The position numbers and the translations under genes are program-made. Under the pieces are notes generated by a model. It saw only the letters and a program-made list of their open reading frames with translations. It was not told where the DNA came from and did not search any database. This document shows, piece after piece, positions 6,348 through 11,885 of a stretch of 11,885 bases of DNA (within the stretch, counting starts at the first letter, position 1; every line of letters starts with the position of its first letter). This stretch comes from Armatimonadota bacterium (GTDB taxonomy: Bacteria; Armatimonadota; UBA10988), in contig JACRKZ010000108.1 of NCBI GenBank assembly GCA_016235455.1, positions 1 through 11,885 of the forward strand, in the 5' to 3' direction.

Positions 6348-7528
6348 TAGAAGGCGATGATCTGCTCGGCGCTGCGCCCGGCCTTGGCCTGAGCCATGGC
6401 GCCGGTCTGGCACAGGCCGACTCCGTGGCCGTAGCCAGCGCCGTGGAAGGCCATCTGGCCGCCGTCGAGGCCCCAGCGCACCAGACTGCTGGGCAGGGCC
6501 TCGTCGCCGTCGCCAAACACCCAACGCATGCCGTCGCCACGCACCGTGGCCGTGCCGCGGTCGCCACGGAGCGCCAACTCCACCACGCGGCCGCCAGGCG
6601 AGCGCCTGGCCACGCTGACCTCGCGCACCGTGCCCGGCCGGCCGCGCGATGGATGCTCGCGCGCCCAAGCTGTCGCGGCCGACAGCACCTTGCCCAGCGG
6701 CGTGGTGCGACTCCAACGGTAAAGCCGGTTAGCTCGGCACCAGGAGTCCTCGGTGGCGCTCAGCCAGCGGCCGAGTGCCGCGTCGTCGAGCCGTGGCGCG
6801 CCGTCCGCAGCCCGGTCCCAGCGGCTGGCCAGGCCGGTCTGCGGGCTGTTCCAGGCGTCTTCGGCGCTGGCCACGATGCCGCCGCAGCAGTCGCTGTAGA
6901 GGGATTCCACGAGTTCGTCACGGCGCAGCACCACCCGGCCGGCGGTGGAGCGCACCGCGGCGACGGTGCCGGCGTTCTCGCGCTCGGTGCCGCGATAGGC
7001 CTGCGTGGCCGCCACGGTGAAGTCACACCGCGGCGCGGCACCCGGCGTGGCGCGAAGGCGGAAGACGGCGAACCCGCGCGCGGCCACCGCCTGCGCGGCA
7101 AGCGCCGCCGCCTGGGAGTCCGGGTCGATCTCGTACGGCACCACGCCCTGCACGTAGTCTTCGAGATCGACGTGGTTGACCACACTGAGGCGGGCGCCGA
7201 CAGCGTGCAGCACGATGACGCCGCGGTAGTGGTGCGTGCCGCTGGTCGTCACGGCCAGGCTGTCGGCCTGGAAGGGCTCGAAGCGCGTGCCATTGGGCCA
7301 GCGCGTGCCGCCGCTGCTGCGCAGCGCGCCGTCGGCCGCCGCCACGCTGACCTGATCGACGACCAGCGGCGCGCCATTGGGTGCCGCGATGCGCACGGGG
7401 CCGGCCAGCTTGACGCTACCCGCCTGGCACAGCTCGACGCGCAGCGTCAGCGCGGGCGCCGCGCCGACCAGGGCGAGGAGCAGCAACGCCGACCCCAACG
7501 GCAGCAGGCGCTGACGCCGCGGTCTCAC
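6308..7528 (-). CDS. SpoIID/LytB-domain protein (putative lytic transglycosylase), secreted, 406 aa
   Basis: Signal peptide MRPRRQRLLPLGSALLLLALVGAAPA. Motifs 'YRGVI', 'VVNHVDLEDYVQGVVPYEI' (catalytic Glu position), 'ALAAQAVAAR', 'QAYRG' and 'GAGYGHGVGLCQTGA...IIAFYY'. GTG start overlaps the upstream TGA (GTGA). Confidence 0.93.
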   Translation of the reverse strand: MRPRRQRLLPLGSALLLLALVGAAPALTLRVELCQAGSVKLAGPVRIAAPNGAPLVVDQVSVAAADGALRSSGGTRWPNGTRFEPFQADSLAVTTSGTHHYRGVIVLHAVGARLSVVNHVDLEDYVQGVVPYEIDPDSQAAALAAQAVAARGFAVFRLRATPGAAPRCDFTVAATQAYRGTERENAGTVAAVRSTAGRVVLRRDELVESLYSDCCGGIVASAEDAWNSPQTGLASRWDRAADGAPRLDDAALGRWLSATEDSWCRANRLYRWSRTTPLGKVLSAATAWAREHPSRGRPGTVREVSVARRSPGGRVVELALRGDRGTATVRGDGMRWVFGDGDEALPSSLVRWGLDGGQMAFHGAGYGHGVGLCQTGAMAQAKAGRSAEQIIAFYYDGARVGAIPAR

Positions 7529-8268
7529 CCGATGATGCCACCGCCGCCCGAGGCCTGCAGGAAGCGCAGCTTCAGCTCGCCCAGGACACGGGTCAGCTCG
7601 GTGGCCAGGTCGGCCGCGGCTTCGCTCTCGCTCAACAACCGGAGGAAGCGCTCGGCGGCGTCGATGCAGAAGCGGACCTTCTGGATCTGCTGCAGGCGCA
7701 CCTGCGGCGGCTGCTGCAGGAGCTGCGCGGCCACTGAAGCGAACTGCATGATGAAGCTCTGGGTCAGACCAAGATGCTCCTCAGGCGCCAGCTTGCCGCC
7801 CAGCAGTCGCACCAACGTCTCGGCCGACTCCACGGCGAACTGCGCCTGGTCGAGGTCGGCGGCGATCAGTCCGGTCAGCGGATTGGGCATGAGCCCCAGC
7901 GACGACAACGCCCAGATGCTCATCTCGGCGGTGACGTGCGTCAGGTAGTCGACAACATTGCGGATCTGCGGCATGCCGTCGGCGCCGAGTTGCTGCGCCT
8001 CGTCCTCGGCCTCTTCTTCTTCGGCGGCGCCCGACACATCGCGCAGATGCGGCATCTCGGCCTGCGGCGCGCGCTCGGGGCGGCGGGCCTTGGGCGGCTC
8101 CGGCGCGTCGTCCACCAGGCGCGGCCCACTGGCCGGCGGCGTGGCCTCCGGCTCGGTCGGCGCGGGCGTCTCGGGCACTTCGCGCAGCTCGCCCTCGGTG
8201 GTCACTCGCCGCCGGTCCCGCACCGTGATCTTCTGCTCCTGCTCATCGTCGCGGCGATCGTCTGACAT
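7525..8268 (-). CDS. DUF1844-like protein with disordered N-terminus, 247 aa
   Basis: ATG 8268 with SD GAGAGG (8281-8276). N-terminal 'ITVRDRRR', then a Pro/Glu-rich linker. 'ALSSLGLMPNPLTG...DLDQAQFAVE...GKLAPEE' and terminal 'LGELKLRFL' match my recollection of the DUF1844 pattern. Confidence 0.78.
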   Translation of the reverse strand: MSDDRRDDEQEQKITVRDRRRVTTEGELREVPETPAPTEPEATPPASGPRLVDDAPEPPKARRPERAPQAEMPHLRDVSGAAEEEEAEDEAQQLGADGMPQIRNVVDYLTHVTAEMSIWALSSLGLMPNPLTGLIAADLDQAQFAVESAETLVRLLGGKLAPEEHLGLTQSFIMQFASVAAQLLQQPPQVRLQQIQKVRFCIDAAERFLRLLSESEAAADLATELTRVLGELKLRFLQASGGGGIIG

Positions 8269-8299
8269 GGGGAAACCTCTCTTGCGATTGTCGGACCCC

Positions 8300-8305
8300 A
8301 GTATA
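8300..8305 (-). promoter_or_regulatory. Putative -10 box (TATACT) for the DUF1844-spoIID operon
   Basis: TATACT lies 31 nt upstream of ATG 8268, ahead of the SD. No recognisable -35 box. Confidence 0.45.
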
Positions 8306-8348
8306 ACGCCGATCAGCGTCTTGTGGGACGCGGGCCACCGGCTCCCGC

Positions 8349-8378
8349 TTGCCACCAACCCCGGCCAGCCGCTAGACT
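8349..8378 (+). promoter_or_regulatory. Putative sigma-70 promoter TTGCCA-N18-TAGACT for the LamG/GH36-like gene
   Basis: TTGCCA at 8349-8354 (5/6 match to TTGACA), TAGACT at 8373-8378 (4/6, keeps TAnnnT), 18-nt spacer. Confidence 0.6.
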
Positions 8379-8386
8379 GACCAGTG

Positions 8387-8398
8387 GCAATCGATTGC
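8387..8398. promoter_or_regulatory. Putative LacI-family operator GCAATCGATTGC
   Basis: Perfect 12-bp palindrome with central CG, matching the LacI/PurR-type pattern GCAAnCGnTTGC. It sits 8 nt downstream of the -10 box of a carbohydrate-active gene. Confidence 0.65.
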
Positions 8399-8419
8399 GG
8401 CAACACCGGGAGGGCTGGC

Positions 8420-11377
8420 ATGGGCGGCTGGGCTTGGCGGGCAGGGCTGTTGGCGGCGGCGACGACCATGGGCGGCGCGGCGGACGCGGCGCTGACCGTG
8501 CGCGCGCAGTACAACCTGCGCGGCGCGGGTGGCATTCGCGACACGGCCGCGCCGGAGACACTGGCCTGCGCGGTGGGTCTGGGACCGACGCTGGCGCGCC
8601 GCGGCTCACCCCGCGTGATGAGCGACGGCCCGGCTAGTCGCCACGCGGTCTACGACTCGTGTGTCAAGTTCGAGGCCGATGACCAATGCTACCAGGGCCC
8701 CGCACCGCTGGCCCAGGGCGACAACTGGGTGTTGGAGACCTGGGTGCGCGCCACCCGCGCCGAGGACCCGGGCTACCACGCGGCGGTGGCCAACGGCCAC
8801 GGCGGCATCGGCTTTCTCATCGCCCAACACGGCGGCCAGTGGGAGGTGCTGGTCGGCGGCATCGGCGGCACCCCGCTGGCGCCGGTCAAGCCCGACACCT
8901 GGACCCACCTGGCCGTGGTGCAGTCGGGCGGCCAGGCCAGCGGCTGGGTGGACGGGCGGCGCGTCAGTCGCTTGCCGGCCATCGGCGGCGCAGCACCCAA
9001 CTTTGCAGTCGGCGCCACCTCGCCCGGCAAGGAGCCGTTCCACGGCTGGGTGGCCGAGGTGCGCTACAGCACCTTCGCGCCGGGCCGATTCGACCCGGCT
9101 GCCGACTTCCTGCTAGACAACGAGCGCCTGCGCCAGGTGGCCGCCGCCGAACTCGCCGCGCGGGCCCGGCTCGTTGGCCACCTGCGAGCCACGCCCGGCG
9201 TGACCACCGTGGCCCGGCTCGACGAACGGCCCACCGCCGACGACTGGCTGATCCGCCCCGTGACCACGCCGTCGACCGTGCAGTTGCTGCCCGAGGACCA
9301 GGACCAGCGCGCGCGGATCATGCTGTCCAACGGGCTGGTCAGCCGCACCTTCCTCGTGGCCGACGGCAACCTGGCCTGCTTTAGCCTGCGCCGGGCCGAC
9401 CACGACATCGAGTTCGTGCGCGCGCTCAAGCCCGAGCTGCGCCTGCGCCTCGACAACGGCGGCTGGACCGAGGTCGGCGGCCTGACCGGTGCGCCGGACC
9501 ACGCCTTCCTCACGCCGCGTTGGTATGCCGGGCTGGAGGCCCGGCCCGATGCCTGGAAGCTGACCGGCATGGCCGTGGGCCCGTGCGTCAAGCCTTATGA
9601 CTGGCAGCCCAAGTGCAACGCCCCGGCCAACATCCCCTGGCCGGCCCGCGGGCGCCGTGTCACCTTCACGTTCGCCTCGCCCGACGGCGAGCTGCTGGCC
9701 GACGTGCACTACGAGATCTACGACGGGCTGCCGGTGATCAGCAAGACGTTCAGCTTGCGCAACAGGACGGCGCGCGAGGTGGTGCTGACGCAGTTTGAGG
9801 GCGAGCATCTGGCAGTCGCGCCGACCACGTCCAAGCTGCTGCACGTGGAGAGCGACTACTCGTTTGCCACGGCCAACTTCACCGACCGCTGCAGCGCGCT
9901 GGGCATCCACGCCGGCGGCAACAACGGCCAGTACCGCGACTACTACCTGGGCGGCGGCACGACACGCTTCATCCGCGACCCGGACTGGGGCTCCATGGCC
10001 ACGCTCAACCCGGCCGAGGACCTGTTTCTGGGCGACCCCGAGAACGCGCTGCTGCTCAGCCGCCCGACGGTCGGGCCGGCCTGGCTGATCCGGCCGGGCG
10101 AGACGTTCGACGGCTTCCGCACCTTTGAGATCCTCAACGACAGCACCGAGGAGGAGCGGCAGTTCCTGGCCCAACGCCGCTTCTATCGCACGTTAGCGCC
10201 GCAAACCAACGAGAAGATGCTGGAGGTCCATGCCCCGGTGACGCGCGATATGAAGGTGCTCGGGCCGCTGATGGACCAGATGGCGGAACTGGGTTTTGAG
10301 CAGTTGCAGGCGCCGGAGCATCCGGGCGGGTTCAACTACGCCGACACCTCGCCGGCGAACATCGCCGCGATGAAGGCCATCTGCGACTACGGCCGCGCCA
10401 AGGGCATCCGCGTCGGCGCCTACCAGTTGATGATGGCCTCGCAGGGTTGGGGCTCGCGCGAGGACAACTACAACTGCATCGACCCCTCGACCGGCCAGCC
10501 GGGCAGCCTGTTCGGCCAGAGCGCCTGCGGCGCCAGTGCCTGGGCCGACATGTACTACCGCGGCATGTGGCAGACCATCGAGCAGGCGGGCATGGGCGCG
10601 TTCAAGCCCGACGGCCCGTATCACGGCGACCCTTGCGCCGCGACGGACCATCCGCACCACCGCGGCCTGGCCGACAGCCAGTGGGCGCAGTGGAAGTGGA
10701 TGTGCAGCGTCCTGGCCGAGGGCCAGAGGCGCGGGCTCTATCTGACGGTGCCCGACTACTACTTCCTCAACGGCCAGGTCTGCACGGGCATGGGCTATCG
10801 CGAGGCGACGGACAACATCGACATCGTCCTGCAGACGCTCATCTACCGGCAGTACATCTACGATGGCACCTGGCACAAGACGCCGGGCATGGGCTGGGTC
10901 AACCTGAACACCGAGGTCTTGCGCGGCGGGCTGGAGGCCAATGTCGACCGCTACGAGCGCGCGCTGATCGTGCTGCTGAGCTCGGGCGCGCAGGTCTGGG
11001 TGCGTGGCCACCGACTGTATGACGGCCCCCGAAGCCAGGCCATGCTGACCCGCTGGATGGCCTGGTACAAGCGTCACCGCGAGGTGCTCGGCGGCGACAT
11101 CATCCACCTCCGCCGCCCCGACGGCCGCGGGCTCGACTACTATCTCCACGTCAACCCCGCCGGCCGCGAGAAGGGCCTGCTGCTGGTCTTCAACCCCACC
11201 GATGAGGCCATCACGCAGAGCCTGAGCGTGCCGCTGTACTACACCGGCCTGAGCGACACGGCCAAGATCAGCGCGCAGGACGGCCCGGCCAAGAGCTACC
11301 GCCTGGACCGCGGGCGGCAGGTGCGGCTGCCGGTGACGGTGCCGGCGGGCGGGTTCGGGTGGTGGGTGGTGCGGTGA
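8420..11377 (+). CDS. Secreted LamG/concanavalin-like domain + clan GH-D (GH36/alpha-galactosidase-like) glycoside hydrolase, 985 aa
   Basis: ATG 8420 with SD GGGAGG (8408-8413). Signal peptide ending A-D-A. LamG motifs 'WVLETWVR', 'WTHLAVV', 'WVDG', 'FHGWVAEVRY'. Beta-sandwich 'LSNGLVSRTF', 'VHYEIYDGLPVISK'. Barrel K-x-D motif 'FKPDGPY'. C-terminal 'GLLLVFNPT...VPLYYTGL'. Confidence 0.8.
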   Translation: MGGWAWRAGLLAAATTMGGAADAALTVRAQYNLRGAGGIRDTAAPETLACAVGLGPTLARRGSPRVMSDGPASRHAVYDSCVKFEADDQCYQGPAPLAQGDNWVLETWVRATRAEDPGYHAAVANGHGGIGFLIAQHGGQWEVLVGGIGGTPLAPVKPDTWTHLAVVQSGGQASGWVDGRRVSRLPAIGGAAPNFAVGATSPGKEPFHGWVAEVRYSTFAPGRFDPAADFLLDNERLRQVAAAELAARARLVGHLRATPGVTTVARLDERPTADDWLIRPVTTPSTVQLLPEDQDQRARIMLSNGLVSRTFLVADGNLACFSLRRADHDIEFVRALKPELRLRLDNGGWTEVGGLTGAPDHAFLTPRWYAGLEARPDAWKLTGMAVGPCVKPYDWQPKCNAPANIPWPARGRRVTFTFASPDGELLADVHYEIYDGLPVISKTFSLRNRTAREVVLTQFEGEHLAVAPTTSKLLHVESDYSFATANFTDRCSALGIHAGGNNGQYRDYYLGGGTTRFIRDPDWGSMATLNPAEDLFLGDPENALLLSRPTVGPAWLIRPGETFDGFRTFEILNDSTEEERQFLAQRRFYRTLAPQTNEKMLEVHAPVTRDMKVLGPLMDQMAELGFEQLQAPEHPGGFNYADTSPANIAAMKAICDYGRAKGIRVGAYQLMMASQGWGSREDNYNCIDPSTGQPGSLFGQSACGASAWADMYYRGMWQTIEQAGMGAFKPDGPYHGDPCAATDHPHHRGLADSQWAQWKWMCSVLAEGQRRGLYLTVPDYYFLNGQVCTGMGYREATDNIDIVLQTLIYRQYIYDGTWHKTPGMGWVNLNTEVLRGGLEANVDRYERALIVLLSSGAQVWVRGHRLYDGPRSQAMLTRWMAWYKRHREVLGGDIIHLRRPDGRGLDYYLHVNPAGREKGLLLVFNPTDEAITQSLSVPLYYTGLSDTAKISAQDGPAKSYRLDRGRQVRLPVTVPAGGFGWWVVR

Positions 11378-11383
11378 GCTCAG

Positions 11384-11833
11384 CTAGTCATACGCCAACA
11401 CCACCGTCACCTTCGCCCCCGGCGTGTTGCACTTCGGGCAGAACTTGATCTGCTCGGGGCTGGCCACCTCCAGCGCCGGCTTGCTGCACTTGGGGCAGGC
11501 GAAGTGACGCTTGGTCTGGCCTGCCTCGGGGTCCCAGATGCTGCCCAGCGGCGTCGGCGCCGGCGGCTTGACCGGCGGATCGGCCTTGGGCGCATCGGGA
11601 CGCGGCGGGTCGGGCGGCACCAGCCGGTTGCCATTGCCCCAGCGCAAGTAGCGCCAGTCGCGGCAGTCGGCGCAGAAGAGGGTGATCTGGTTGAAGGTGA
11701 ACCCGCCGCCGAACATGATGTGGCCGTCGCTCTTGCAGTCGGGTTTGGCGCAGGCGAGCACATAGCCTTCGCCCGCGCACAACGCCGTGACTACCAAGGC
11801 CGCCAGAACCCATACCAAGCGCCAAGCTCGCAT
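11384..11833 (-). CDS. Small secreted-looking Cys-rich protein with four Cys pairs (double zinc-ribbon-like), 149 aa
   Basis: ATG 11833 with SD GGAG (11843-11840) at 6-nt spacing. Basic plus hydrophobic N-terminus MRAWRLVWVLAALVVTALCA. Cys pairs CAKPDC, CADC, CPKC, CPKC. Pro-rich loop. Strong GC3 codon bias. Confidence 0.8.
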   Translation of the reverse strand: MRAWRLVWVLAALVVTALCAGEGYVLACAKPDCKSDGHIMFGGGFTFNQITLFCADCRDWRYLRWGNGNRLVPPDPPRPDAPKADPPVKPPAPTPLGSIWDPEAGQTKRHFACPKCSKPALEVASPEQIKFCPKCNTPGAKVTVVLAYD

Positions 11834-11885
11834 GACCATCTCCGTCTACGACCACTCTACCCGCCCGGCTGGCCGGCTGTTGACG

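Noticed and set aside
4404-7528. Sporulation locus (sigma factor + SpoIID)
   Set aside because: The sigma is RpoD-type rather than SigE/F/G/K-type, SpoIID/LytB domains are widespread in non-sporulating bacteria, and no other spo genes are present.
8269-8544. 92-aa N-terminal extension of the DUF1844 ORF, and the GTG 8384 start for the GH
   Set aside because: They would overlap the divergent gene or its promoter/operator; ATG 8268 and ATG 8420 have clear SDs.
11775-11795. Lipobox in the Cys-rich protein (TALC)
   Set aside because: Leu at -1 does not fit [LVI][ASTVI][GAS]C.
11854-11885. TAGAGT (-10, minus strand) and TTGACG (-35, plus strand) at the window edge
   Set aside because: Both are plausible promoter parts, but their partner boxes are absent or lie outside the window.

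Overview
High-GC bacterial chromosomal window (roughly 70% by eye; the lineage cannot be determined from sequence alone) with nine complete, tightly packed genes. No rRNA, tRNA, CRISPR array or mobile element was seen. The left minus-strand run encodes a divergent RpoD/SigA-type sigma-70 factor, a class I SAM methyltransferase, a secreted multidomain GH14/GH42-like glycoside hydrolase and a translationally coupled secreted alpha/beta hydrolase. A TrmH/SPOUT RNA methyltransferase is transcribed divergently from the sigma gene and overlaps convergently with a DUF1844-like/SpoIID-LytB gene pair. On the right, a 985-aa secreted LamG + clan GH-D (GH36-like) hydrolase has a good sigma-70 promoter and a perfect LacI-type operator palindrome, and converges on a small secreted-looking protein with four Cys pairs. 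The most unusual parts are the sigma factor's 5' region (perfect SD before an in-frame CTG, alternative hairpins, direct repeats, lacO-like palindrome), the deviant sigma itself, two hard-to-classify glycoside hydrolases, an apparently duplicated DUF1844 fold and the exported zinc-ribbon-like protein. I cannot demonstrate a single coherent new system; these are candidate leads. All family assignments are from motif recognition, not database searches.
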